A DNA stretch of 63,958 bases, filler included, from Lama guanicoe (Eukaryota), in the NCBI GenBank assembly GCA_013239625.1. It is 78 parts of 76 records of this genome, joined end to end, with 100 filler letters (N's around TTAATTAATTAA, not from the genome) between each part and the next. Parts side by side here need not be neighbours in the genome. Positions count along the whole stretch, not along the records: positions 11,504 to 12,264 come from MU057081.1; positions 12,365 to 12,864 come from MU057082.1; positions 12,965 to 13,824 come from PNXV01025074.1; positions 13,925 to 14,351 come from PNXV01025078.1; positions 14,452 to 14,938 come from PNXV01025080.1; positions 15,039 to 15,688 come from PNXV01025081.1; positions 15,789 to 16,390 come from PNXV01025082.1; positions 16,491 to 17,081 come from PNXV01025083.1; 70 more parts are not named here. One strand, written 5' to 3'. Shown one piece after another: positions 11,504-23,641 of the stretch. Each line of letters begins with the position of its first letter. Position 1 is the stretch's first letter. The notes beneath the pieces were generated by a model. It saw nothing but the letters and a program-made list of their open reading frames with translations. It had not been told where the DNA came from and did no database searches. Made by a program: the position numbers and the translations under genes.

Positions 11504-12864
11504 TCATTCTATATTCTATATACTATATTCTGCATTCCCTATACTATATTCTCTATTCTGTGTTATTAAATATGTATTCTAAATTCTATATTCTGTATTC
11601 TGTATTCTTTATTCTAAATTCTGTGTTCTGCATTCCATGTTCTATATTCTGATTTCCATATTCTAAATTCTGTGTTCTATATTCTATACTCTGTATACTA
11701 CATTCTGCATTCCGTATTCTACATTCCAAATTCTGTGTTCTATATTCTATATTCTAAATATTATATTCAGTATTCTGTATGCTATATTTTAAATTCCGTG
11801 CTCTGCATTCCGTTTTCTAAATTCTCGGTTCTGAATTCTGTTTTCTTATTTCTATATACTGTGTTCAACATTCTATATTCTGCATTCTATATTCTACATT
11901 NNNNNNNNNNNNNNNNNNNNNNNNNNNNNNNNNNNNNNNNNNNNNNNNNNNNNNNNNNNNNNNNNNNNNNNNNNNNNNNNNNNNNNNNNNNNNNNNNNNN
12001 NNNNNNNNNNNNNNNNNNNNNNNNNNNNNNNNNNNNNNNNNNNNNNNNNNNNNTATATTCTTCATTTAGTATTTTGTATTCTTTACACTATATTCTAAAT
12101 TCTGTGTTCTGCATTCCATGTCCTCAATTCTGGGATTTGTATTCTTTTTTCCATATTCTAAATTCTGTGTTCTAGATTGTATAATCTTTATTCTATATTT
12201 TGCATTCCGTATTCAATATTCTATATTCTGTGTTATACATTCTATATTCTAAATTCTATATTCANNNNNNNNNNNNNNNNNNNNNNNNNNNNNNNNNNNN
12301 NNNNNNNNTTAATTAATTAANNNNNNNNNNNNNNNNNNNNNNNNNNNNNNNNNNNNNNNNNNNNATATAGTGTGTTCTTCATTCTATACTCGACATAGTA
12401 TATTTTGCATTCCTTAGTCTGTATTATAAATTCGGTGTTCTAAATTCCAAATTCTAAATACTATATTCAGTATTCTATATTCTATTTTCTAAATTCAGTG
12501 TTCTGCATATCATGTTCTAAATTCTGTATTCTATATTCTATTTTCTGTGTTCTACATCCTATATTCTAAATTCTATATTCAGTATTCTGTATTTTATAGT
12601 CTATATTCTGTATTCTGCANNNNNNNNNNNNNNNNNNNNNNNNNNNNNNNNNNNNNGTTTCCATATTCTATATTCTGTGTTCTTAATTCTATATTCTAAA
12701 TTCTATATTCAGTATTTTGTATTCTATATTCAAAATTCTGTGTTCTGACTTCCATGTTCCAAATTCTGTCTTCTAGATACTCTTTTATGTATTCTATAAT
12801 TTGTGTTCTTCATTATATATTCCACATTCTATATACTGCATTCCGTATTCTATATTATATATTC
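11504..12864 (-). repeat. Satellite B (7-bp periodic TAGAATA family), two scaffolds
   Basis: Strings of TATTCTA/TATTCTG/AATTCTG/TGTTCTA/CATTCCA heptamers. Confidence 0.95.
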
Positions 12865-13269
12865 NNNNNNNNNNNNNNNNNNNNNNNNNNNNNNNNNNNN
12901 NNNNNNNNTTAATTAATTAANNNNNNNNNNNNNNNNNNNNNNNNNNNNNNNNNNNNNNNNNNNNAAATGGTTATGTGCCGTCCAGAACCTTTGCCTTGGA
13001 TGCCGACTCTGCCTCGCCCCTCCCACTGTGACACTCTGCTCCTGCCACACTGACCACTCAAAATGCAGCTCCTGTACCCCCGTGAAATACTGTGCCACTG
13101 CCTCTGCTCATCCAGGAGCCCCTTTGACAGTGACACAGCACAGGAAGAGCACCTGCATTTTTTATGGGAAAATTCAATAACTATTATGTGACCGGCTGGT
13201 GACCAGGCATGGGTAGAGACAGGAAGAAAAGTCATATAAACTGACCCAATAAGGTTACCTCGTGCTCCA

Positions 13270-13824
13270 ACACTGCTGGTGGGAGCATAGTCTGGCACAA
13301 CCATTGTGGAAAACAGTATGGAGATTCCTCAAAAAACTAAAAATAGACTTACCATATGATCTAGCAAACCCACTTCTGGGTATATATCCAGAGGGAACTC
13401 TAATGCAAAAAGATACATGCACCCCAATGTTCATAGCCACACTGTATACAATAGCTAAGACAAGGAAGCAACCTAAATGTCCATCAACAGATGACTATAT
13501 AAAGAAGTTGTGGTATATTGATACAATGGAATACTACTCTGCCATAAAAAAGAATAAAATAATGCCACTTGCAAGCAACATGTATAGACCTAGAGATCAT
13601 CATTCTAAGTGAAGTAAGCCAGAAAGAAAAAGAAAAATACTGCATATCATTCATGTGTGGAATTTTAAAAAAAGGACACTATGAACTCATCTGCAAAACA
13701 GAAACAGACTCTCAGACTTAGTAAACAATTCTTTGGTTACCAAGAAAAGGGGATGGGAGGGGATAAATTTGGGAATTTGAGATTTACAAATATTAGCCAC
13801 TATATATAAAAATAGATTTAAAAA
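13270..13824 (+). mobile_element. LINE-1 ORF2 C-terminus and 3'UTR
   Basis: ORF '[40 protein letters not shown]...[14 protein letters not shown]...KQPKCPS'. Confidence 0.95.
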
Positions 13825-13924
13825 NNNNNNNNNNNNNNNNNNNNNNNNNNNNNNNNNNNNNNNNNNNNTTAATTAATTAANNNNNNNNNNNNNNNNNNNN
13901 NNNNNNNNNNNNNNNNNNNNNNNN

Positions 13925-14351
13925 AAAGAAACAATCCCCTTTAAAATAGCACCCAAAGCAATAAAATACCTAGAAATAAATCTAACCAAGGAGGTAAAAG
14001 ACTCATACATGGAGAACTATAAAACATTGATGAAGGAAATTAAAGAAGACTTTAAAAAGTGGTAAGATAGCCCATGCTCCCGGATTGGAAGAATCAATAT
14101 TGTTAAAATGGTCATACTGCCCAAGGCAATCTACAGATTTAATGCAATCCCTATCAAATTACCCAGGGCATATTTCACAGAACTAGAATAAATCATAATA
14201 AAATTTATATGGAACCACAAAAGACCTAGAATTGCAAAAAAAAAGCATTACAAAAAGTAAGAGGCTAAAGGAATAACTCTCTCAGACTTCAGAAAATATT
14301 ATAGAGCTACAATAATCAAGACAGCATGGTATTGGTACCAAAACAGACATA
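13925..14351 (+). mobile_element. LINE-1 ORF2 fragment (end of RT domain onward)
   Basis: Encodes [30 protein letters not shown]...[26 protein letters not shown], with stops. Confidence 0.95.
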
Positions 14352-14549
14352 NNNNNNNNNNNNNNNNNNNNNNNNNNNNNNNNNNNNNNNNNNNNTTAAT
14401 TAATTAANNNNNNNNNNNNNNNNNNNNNNNNNNNNNNNNNNNNNNNNNNNNCCTTTTGGCTCACCCAACGTTAGGTAATGCTGTGTCAAAAAAAAAAAAA
14501 GAAAAACTTTGTTTTAACCCTTTCAATGCCAGTTCTATTCATCCCATTT

Positions 14550-14938
14550 CTTATTTGTTTTTTATATTCTTTTTTATTATATGTTAATGCAAGATATTGA
14601 ATATAGTCCCTATGCAATACCATATAAGCTTATTGTTTAGCTATTTTATATATAGTTAGTTAGTGCCTGCAAATCTCAAACTCCTATTTTATCCCTTTGT
14701 ATCCCCTTTATCCCTAGTACACTATGAGTTTGTTTTCTGTGTCTGTGAGTCTGTTTCTGTTTGTAAATAAGTTCACTTGTGTGATGACCTTTTTTCTTAG
14801 GTTCCACATATAAGTAATATCACGTATTTGTCATCACTTAGAATGATGATCTCCAGGTCCATTTATGTTATTGCAAATGGCATTATTTCACTCTTTTTTA
14901 TGGCCGAATAGTATTCCATTGTATAAATATACCACAAC
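14550..14938 (-). mobile_element. LINE-1 3'UTR
   Basis: 'tttgttttctgtgtctgtgagtctgtttctgtttgtaaataagttcac...gcaaatggcattatttca...gaatagtattccattgtataaat'. Confidence 0.9.
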
Positions 14939-16790
14939 NNNNNNNNNNNNNNNNNNNNNNNNNNNNNNNNNNNNNNNNNNNNTTAATTAATTAANNNNNN
15001 NNNNNNNNNNNNNNNNNNNNNNNNNNNNNNNNNNNNNNAAGTGCTATTGTGGGATGCTTCAGTGAGTGAAATAAAAATCCTTCTCTCGAGGTGCTCATAT
15101 TTGAGTGGAAATGAGATACTAAGCAAATAGTTATAAGAAACAATTATATACAATATTTATATAGTGAATGGATAGCAGGATTGTTGTCTTTTTTCTTCTT
15201 CTTCTTTATTTTCAGCCAAGTAAAATGTAATTCTTTGTTTAGTTCCAATTTTTTTTAACAGGATTGTCTTTTAGTCACCAAAAGTGTACAGCATCTCAGC
15301 GCTTGAATCCTAACTTCAGGTCTCCCTGTGGAGTATTGCAGATGCATATAGTATAGAATCACATAGGCATGGAGATTTTGATTGAAAGAAATCTTAGAGA
15401 CTTAGTTCAAGACCTGATTGAATTTCTACTTATCTGAGCTGCTGGAATTTGTATTTCGACTCTATACTGGATATGATTTAAGTTCTCTGTTTGTCTTTTT
15501 TCCCCTTTAAAATCAGTGTTAGTATTTTTCAGTTCATTATGATTTCTGATCATTTGAGTTTGTTCATTTATTTGCTAATGCTGTAAATAACATGTGAATG
15601 CCTGCTGTGTGCGGAAAACTGATGAAATTTGGGAAGAATAAGACCAAAGCCTCTGCCCCTAGGAGTTTGCGGTCTACTAGGAAAGAAANNNNNNNNNNNN
15701 NNNNNNNNNNNNNNNNNNNNNNNNNNNNNNNNTTAATTAATTAANNNNNNNNNNNNNNNNNNNNNNNNNNNNNNNNNNNNNNNNNNNNATGTAAGACAGT
15801 GAGGTTGTAGAGAACGCTGACCCTGGGTGTTATCTGTGCAGAAGGAAGCACTGGCTGAGCTCGGCCATCTCCCATCTGGTTCCCATCGCATCAGACTTGC
15901 CCTCTGGCCCCCGGCCACTGACATAACCTCTGGCATAGTTAGTGCAACCTTCCACCGTTCTGTAAAATTTCTCTGCTTGTTACTCTTCCCCTGGCAGTTT
16001 CACTCAGCAGATCTGACTGTTAGTGGTAAAACACCACATCCCAGTATTGAGGAGACACACGGAGGCCGAATACAGCATTCCCTTATTTTACAGATCAGAG
16101 ACCCAAGATCCCCAGGACAGTGTGACTCTCTTGTACTTTTTAACTGGAGGGAAAGAGACAAGGCTAGAATACAAGGCTGCCCCCACCCAGCCCAGTGCAT
16201 GTTTCCAGCGCAGAACATGAGCACATTAATATCCTGGAAGCAATCTAGGGTGACTAAGTAAATCACAGATTTAAAATAAAAGGATTTGAACAATTTCAGT
16301 CTGGATATTCAAATCCCACTAAACAGTACATCACTTTTTCCAATGCTTACATATAAGCAAATGGAGAACCAGAAATGGGCAAATATTCAANNNNNNNNNN
16401 NNNNNNNNNNNNNNNNNNNNNNNNNNNNNNNNNNTTAATTAATTAANNNNNNNNNNNNNNNNNNNNNNNNNNNNNNNNNNNNNNNNNNNNTTCAGAAATC
16501 TCAGTGCTGTTACTATGGGAGCTAAGGTTTTCTTTCAGGACACGTACAGAAATGTTCAAGTCCTCATGGGGCACCCTGAACTCATGCTTTCCTTCCTACA
16601 TGCTGTCCAGTGGAGTCAGGGCAGCCAGCCAATCTCATTACACTCATTAGTTTGGCATAAGTCTTATCAGGTATCAAATACATGGTCATGCAGTGCCCTG
16701 CCTCTCTGAAGTATCTGGCTACGAGCAGCCCGGGACGGGATGCTATGTATCACCACTGCCACACCACCGATGCCCTCCACACCGCCGGGG

Positions 16791-17081
16791 CAGAGAGTAA
16801 CTAGTTTTCTTTGTCTCTAATCAGACCAGAGTCCAAAACCTGTAGGATTCAGAACTCCCTCTTCACTCTCACTACCAGAATCTGTATCAGTCAGGGTTCT
16901 CAGAGAGACAAAGCCACCAGGATACACATACACAACAGAGAGTTACTAGTTTTCTTTGTCTCTAATCAGGCCAGAGATTCCAAAACCTATAGGATTCAGA
17001 ACTCCCTCTTCACTCTAACTACCAGAATCTGCATCAGTCAGGGTTCTCAGAGAGACAAAGCCACCAGGATACACATACACA
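16791..17081 (+). repeat. Imperfect ~145-bp tandem duplication containing an MLT2/ERVL-like LTR terminus
   Basis: Copies start at 16791 and 16936 and differ at about 5-6 positions. 'tgtatcagtcagggttctcagagagacaaagccaccaggata' resembles an MLT2 end. Confidence 0.8.
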
Positions 17082-17394
17082 NNNNNNNNNNNNNNNNNNN
17101 NNNNNNNNNNNNNNNNNNNNNNNNNTTAATTAATTAANNNNNNNNNNNNNNNNNNNNNNNNNNNNNNNNNNNNNNNNNNNNCTCTGGCACGGTTCATTTG
17201 GCACTACAGTCACTAAGATTCCTGGGACCTACTGCCAACTCCTGGGGACACTTTAGTCCTTGCCCTGGGGGCCTGTGGTTTTCTCTCAGCTCATACGATG
17301 TCCATTCTTCTGGTTCAGCTTCATCTGGCCTGGTCTTCTTCCCTGTACTTTGTTTCCTCTTTTGTTTTCCTCTTAAATATTAATCATTAGGATT

Positions 17395-18036
17395 TGATTT
17401 CATTCTTTTTTATGGCTGAGTAATACTCTGCTGTATATAGATATGCCATTTTCTTCACCCATTCATCCATTGATGGACACTTAAGACCTAGGTTGCTGAC
17501 CTGCCTTGGCTGTTGTAAATAGCGCTGCAGTGAACACAGGGGTTCAGGTATCTTTTTGAGATTGTGTTTTCATTTCCGTTGGGTAAACACCCAGAAGTGA
17601 AATTGCTGGATCAGATATTAGTTTAATTTTTAATGTTTTGAAGACCCTCCAAACTTCTTTCTATAGTGGCTGCACCAAATTGCATTTCCATCAACAGTGC
17701 CCAAAAGTTCCCTTTTCTACAATCCTCACCAGCACTTGTTATTTCTTGTCTTTTTGATGATAGCTGTTCTAACAGGTGTGAGGTGACATCTCATTGTGGT
17801 TTTGATTTGCAGCTCCATTATTAGTGATGCTGAACACCATTTCATGTACCTGATGACCATCTGTATGTCTTTAGAAAATGTCTATTCAGATACTCTCTCC
17901 ATTTTTCAAAATTGGATTCTTTGGCTTTTGCTATTGAGTTGTGTGAGTTCTTTATATACTTTGAATATCAGCTCCTTATCAGATACATGATTTCACAAAT
18001 ATTTTCTCCTATATGGTAGGTTGCCTTTTCAAGTTG
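17395..18036 (-). mobile_element. LINE-1 ORF2 3' end (older L1MA/L1MB-like)
   Basis: 'tttcattcttttttatggctgagtaata', 'cccagaagtgaaattgctggatca', 'ttctaacaggtgtgaggtgacatctcattgtggttttgatttgca'. Confidence 0.9.
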
Positions 18037-18164
18037 NNNNNNNNNNNNNNNNNNNNNNNNNNNNNNNNNNNNNNNNNNNNTTAATTAATTAANNNNNNNN
18101 NNNNNNNNNNNNNNNNNNNNNNNNNNNNNNNNNNNNTAGGTGTGTTTCAGTAGAGGACTGATCA

Positions 18165-18520
18165 TCTGTGATATATGCATACAATGGAACACTACTCAGC
18201 CATACAAATGAACAACCACTGATGCAATCGAACAACCTATGTGGAACTAAAGAATCTGGAGTCAACAAGCACTTACTGCATTACTCTATTTATATACAAT
18301 TCAAGAACAGGTACAATTAATCTGTAGTGACTGAAAGTTGCTCAGTGACAGCCCACAGCCTAGGGTGAGGGTTAAAGGGACAAGAGAATGTTTTACAATG
18401 ATATAGTCTGAATTTTTGTTTATTTGCCATATACACAAGCCCACATCCTCTTGACAAAACTCATTGAATGATACACCTAAAATGGGTTTGCTTCACTGTA
18501 TGTGATGTATATCCCCATCC
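18165..18520 (+). mobile_element. Old LINE-1 3' end (L1MC/L1ME-like)
   Basis: 'atacaatggaacactactcagccat', 'aattcaagaacaggtacaattaatct', 'caaaactcattgaatgatacacctaaaatggg...cttcactgtatgt'. Confidence 0.7.
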
Positions 18521-18807
18521 TCATGGTTTTCCTCTACCCACACTTTGTACTTCGTCCCTTTGTAAGCAAACCTCCTCAATTCTGTTCTGCAATGTCATCT
18601 GTTTTTTGTTCAGATCCTGACTGAAACAATGGCTTATAGTTCTAAACATTATTCAAGAATTATCCATCCTATAAGGCTAGGTCAGTTTATTTGTCAGGTG
18701 TTTGTGANNNNNNNNNNNNNNNNNNNNNNNNNNNNNNNNNNNNNNNNNNNNTTAATTAATTAANNNNNNNNNNNNNNNNNNNNNNNNNNNNNNNNNNNNN
18801 NNNNNNN

Positions 18808-19341
18808 TTTATATAGAGCAGTTAGTATCTGCAAACCTTGAACTCCCAATTTATCCTTAACCATGCCCTTCCCCACTGGTAACCATGTTTGTTGTCTATG
18901 TCTGTGAATCTGTTTCTGGTTTGTAAATAAGTTTGACTTTTTTGTAAGACTCCACATATAAGTGATATCATATGGTATCTTGATTTCTCTTTTTGGCTTA
19001 CTTCACTTAGAAGAACATTCTTCAGGTCCATTTATGTTGCTGCAAATGGCATTATTTTATTTTTTATGGCTGAGTAGTATTCCATTGTATAAATCACTAC
19101 AACGTCTTTATCCAATCATCTGTTGATGGACATTTAGGTTGTGTCCATGTCTTGGCTATTATAAATAGTGCTAATATGAACATTGAGGTGCATGTATCTT
19201 TTTGAATTAAGGTTAGTATTGGATATATGCCCAGAAGTGGGATGGCTGGATCATATAGTAAGTCCGTTTTTAGTATTTTGAAGCATCTCCAGACTCTTTT
19301 CCATAATGGCTGTACCAAACTGCATTCCCAGCAACAGTGTA
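18808..19341 (-). mobile_element. LINE-1 ORF2 C-terminus and 3'UTR
   Basis: Minus-strand ORF '[32 protein letters not shown]...[12 protein letters not shown]'. Confidence 0.95.
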
Positions 19342-19441
19342 NNNNNNNNNNNNNNNNNNNNNNNNNNNNNNNNNNNNNNNNNNNNTTAATTAATTAANNN
19401 NNNNNNNNNNNNNNNNNNNNNNNNNNNNNNNNNNNNNNNNN

Positions 19442-20215
19442 ATCAGAGAGGAATTAAATACAATAGAGATTAACAAGGCCATAGAAAAAAATCAACAAAC
19501 CAAATGCTGGTTTTTTGAAAAAGTAAATAAAATCGAGAAACCTCTGGCCAAACTCACAAAGAAGAAAAAAGAGAGAGCACAAATTAGCAAAATAAGAAAG
19601 GAAAATGGAGAAATTACAACAAACAAAATAGAAATACAGAATATCATAAAGAATATCATACGAGAATATTATGAAAAACTATATGGAACCAAACTGGATA
19701 ACCTAGAGGAGATGGACAAGTTTCTGGAAACATACTGTCCACCAAAACTGAATCAAGAAGAAACTGAACACTTGAACAATTCGATCACTAGAAAGGAAAT
19801 AGAAATAACAATTAAAAACCTCCCTACAAATAAAAGTCCAGGACTGGACGGCTTCAATGGGGAACTCTACCAAACATACAAAGAAGAACTCATACAAGTC
19901 CTTCTCAAACTCTTCCAGATGATTAAAAAGGAGGGAATACTCCCAAACTCATTCTATGAAGCCACCATCACCCTGATACCAAAACCAGGCAAAGACACTA
20001 CAAAAAAAGAGAATTATTGGCCAATATCACTGAAGAACATAGACGCCAAAGTCCTCACCAAAATTTTAGCAAACAGAATCCAACAACACATAAAAAAGAT
20101 TACACATCATGACCAAGAGGGGTTCATCCTAGGGACACAACGCTGGTTCAAAATATGCAAATCAAGCAACGTAATACATCACATCAACAAGAGAAAGGAC
20201 AAAAACCACATGATC
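19442..20215 (+). mobile_element. Young LINE-1 ORF2 fragment (Z-domain to start of RT), open frame of at least 168 codons
   Basis: ORF 19712 '[17 protein letters not shown]...[20 protein letters not shown]...[53 protein letters not shown]'. Confidence 0.97.
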
Positions 20216-22239
20216 NNNNNNNNNNNNNNNNNNNNNNNNNNNNNNNNNNNNNNNNNNNNTTAATTAATTAANNNNNNNNNNNNNNNNNNNNNNNNNNNNN
20301 NNNNNNNNNNNNNNNAAAATTCAGTCACAGAACACATCCTGTGGGCACTTTCTGGGTGGGAGATACCTGGAAAGCTCTGGGAATGTTTCTGTCCTTGTAG
20401 AGGCACATGGAAAGGGAGGCAGGTGCGTAAATTTTTCCTCTCTCACAGCATGAGGTCTTCCACAAGACTTAAAACTCTCTCCACTTCCAATAGTTACAGA
20501 GGAGGCAGGGGCAGGGGAAGATGTCAGAGACCAAAAATGGGACGAATTGGATCCAGCAGGAGAAACCTCGAGCTCCCTCCTGCCGCTCCTGCAGCTCCTC
20601 CTGAACCTGCATCTGCAGCTGGACTGCTGGGCAACGGAGAACCACTTCAGGCATCACCATCCCCTGGGGCAGAGCCCCCTCTGCACACACCCACACCTTC
20701 TTCTCCAAAATGTTCTCCAAAATCCCATCATCAGTCCCCCCCCAAACTTGACGTCACTTCTGCTGGAGATGTTTTTGTTTCATTTTCTTTAGTTTCCTTT
20801 GCTTGTTTCANNNNNNNNNNNNNNNNNNNNNNNNNNNNNNNNNNNNNNNNNNNNTTAATTAATTAANNNNNNNNNNNNNNNNNNNNNNNNNNNNNNNNNN
20901 NNNNNNNNNNAGGGAAGCAGGAAATCATAGCTGATAGTAAGCACTATCTTAAGTGAATCCGCTGATAAAACTTTCTGTTTGATGCAAACGGAGAGATGCA
21001 TGGCCTGACAAGTTTGCAAATCAAACGAGAAGCAGAAAAGCCAAGAATCAAACAAACAAACAAGCACCAAAAGGGTACGGTTGGCTGACATATACCAAGG
21101 GAACCATGATTATNNNNNNNNNNNNNNNNNNNNNNNNNNNNNNNNNNNNNNNNNNNNNNNNNNNNNNNNNNNNNNNNNNNNNNNNNNNNNNNNNNNNNNN
21201 NNNNNNNNNNNNNNNNNNNNNNNNNNNNNNNNNNNNNNNNNNNNNNNNNNNNNNNNNNNNNNNNNNNNNNNNNNNNNNNNNNNNNNNNNNNNNNNNNNNN
21301 NNNNNNNNNNNNNNNNNNNNNNNNNNNNNNNNNNNNNNNNNNNNNNNNNNNNNNNNNNNNNNNNNNNNNNNNNNNNNNNNNNNNNNNNNNNNNNNNNNNN
21401 NNNNNNNNNNNNNNNNNNNNNNNNNNNNNNNNNNNNNNNNNNNNNNNNNNNNNNNNNNNNNNNNNTCATTTCTAGTCAGCCCCAATGAAACCAATGGATC
21501 CATGTCCTGAGATTGCGGGGGTTTCAGCAGAAATCAACCGACGGATATGCATTCCAGGTGTACGGATATTACAGGAACAATAGTTTCCTGTAGTGGGTCT
21601 CTGTGAACTGTGCACTGTTAGAAAGTTTAAAGACGTGTGAAACCATCAACTGAAAGTTGACACACTTCCCTCCGTTGGTACTGTGCATACAGATCTGAAC
21701 AAAAGGGAAGAGGGAAGGACAAAGGCCCATGGGACGCGAGTGGGTAGAATCACATTTAACCTAGGAACCTCTCATCAGATGCAGCCCCTCCACCAACACT
21801 GACAAGATGCAGCAGCCATTGGGNNNNNNNNNNNNNNNNNNNNNNNNNNNNNNNNNNNNNNNNNNNNTTAATTAATTAANNNNNNNNNNNNNNNNNNNNN
21901 NNNNNNNNNNNNNNNNNNNNNNNAGTTTTTAAGCCATCAGTTTGTAGAGAAAGCATTTTATTTCCTCCTCTAGTATCTTTCGTTATCCTTTTCTTCGCAA
22001 TTAAGGCTTCATGCTTGTGAAAGGAATAACTTTTTGGTGTGTGTGTGATTAAATGTGAAAATTAGTTAAGGCTGAGAAATATGTATTATAGAAAGTATAT
22101 TAAGCCTTCCTCTCTTGTACGGCACATATAGGCCATTTAAATAGTATACATTTTTAAAAAGTCTGCATACATTTTTTTAATTATGTATTAAGTAATCATA
22201 ATAGTTAAGATTCCTTAAATGTATTGCTTCAGCACACAT

Positions 22240-22350
22240 CTATTTTTCTAAATCCTCACAATCACCCTGTGGGGAAGGTAATATTATATCTCTTTTACAG
22301 ATGAGGAAATAGAGCCACATGGAAATGATGCAATTTGCCCCAAATGAAAC
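22240..22350. mobile_element. MIR SINE core fragment
   Basis: 'aatcctcacaatcaccctgtgg...ttttacagatgaggaaatagagcc...atttgcccca'. Confidence 0.7.
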
Positions 22351-22561
22351 AACTATTATGTGAAAGGACTTAAATACTCAAAGAGCCCAAAGACACACTA
22401 ACTGTAGAGCAGTGTCTCCTACATGGTCTGTGAAATCAATTCTAATTCACTTCAGATCTTTNNNNNNNNNNNNNNNNNNNNNNNNNNNNNNNNNNNNNNN
22501 NNNNNTTAATTAATTAANNNNNNNNNNNNNNNNNNNNNNNNNNNNNNNNNNNNNNNNNNNN

Positions 22562-23641
22562 TATGGAGTGGAGTCGGCCACTGAAAAGAAACTTTGTGTT
22601 CCCTTCAAGCCAATTGAAAGACGGCTTTCACACACACTTGTCTCTCAGAACTGAGCATGTGGAGAGACGTTCGTTCATCCAGCACCACGGGAACGGGTTG
22701 CAGGAGAAACACTTACTCTGGTTTCTCAGTCTGTTTCCTAGTGCCGGTTTGAAGTGCCTGCCGTTTTCACTGTAAAACCGAGTTGGAGTTTGTAACTCCC
22801 CATATATATGTATGGAGTGGAGTCGGCCACTGAAAAGAAACTTTGTGTTCCCTCCAAGCTAGGTGAAGGACGGCTTTCACACACACTTGTCCTTCAGAAC
22901 TGATCATGTGGAGAGACTTTCGTTCATCCAGCACCAAGGGAACGGGTTGCAGGAGAAACACTTACTCTGGTTTCTCAGTCTGTTTCCTAGTGCCGGTTTG
23001 AAGTGCCTGCCGTTTNNNNNNNNNNNNNNNNNNNNNNNNNNNNNNNNNNNNNNNNNNNNNNNNNNNNNNNNNNNNNNNNNNNNNNNNNNNNNNNNNNTTG
23101 TGTTCCCTTCAAGCTAGTTGAAAGACGGCTTTCACACACACTTGTCTCTCAGAACTGAGCATGTGGAGAGACGTTCGTTCATTTAGCACCAAGGGAACGG
23201 GTTGCAGGAGAAACACTTACTCTGGTTTCTCAGTCTGTTTCCTAGTGCCGGTTTGAAGTGCCTGCCGTTTTCACTATAAAACCGAGATGCAGCTTGTACT
23301 TCCCCATATATCTGTATGGTGTGGTGTTGGCAACTGAAAACAAACTTTGTGTTCCCTTCAAGCTAGGTGAAGGACGGCTTTCACACACACTTATCTCTCA
23401 GAACTGAGCATGTGGAGAGACGTTCGTTCATTTAGCACCAAGGGAACGGGTTGCAGGAGAAACACTTACTCTGGTTTCTCAGTCTGTTTCCTAGTGCCGG
23501 TTTGAAGTGCCTGCCGTTTTCACTGTAAACCAGATTTGCAGCTTGTACCTCCCCAAATATATGGATGGTGTGGATTTGCCAACTGAAAAGATACTTTCTG
23601 TTCTCTTCAAGCTAGGTGAAGGACGGCTTTTACACACAATT
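22562..23641 (+). repeat. Satellite C (249-bp monomer), subfamily 1
   Basis: 'tatggagtggagtcggccactgaaaag' at 22562 and 22811; 'tgttcccttcaagctag' at 23101 and 23350. Confidence 0.97.

Noticed and set aside
11672..12175. Hydrophobic Y/I/L/F/S-rich ORFs resembling membrane proteins (also at 30162, 37232, 40437, 50622, 54968, 57908)
   Set aside because: They are translations of the TATTCTA strand of satellite B and have no coding signal.
15250..15325. Possible small exon after 'tttttttaacag'
   Set aside because: The putative donor (GTCTCC) is poor and the peptide is unrecognised.
21466..21660. CpG-containing segment with short open frames on both strands
   Set aside because: All frames close within about 50 codons and none resembles a family I recognise.
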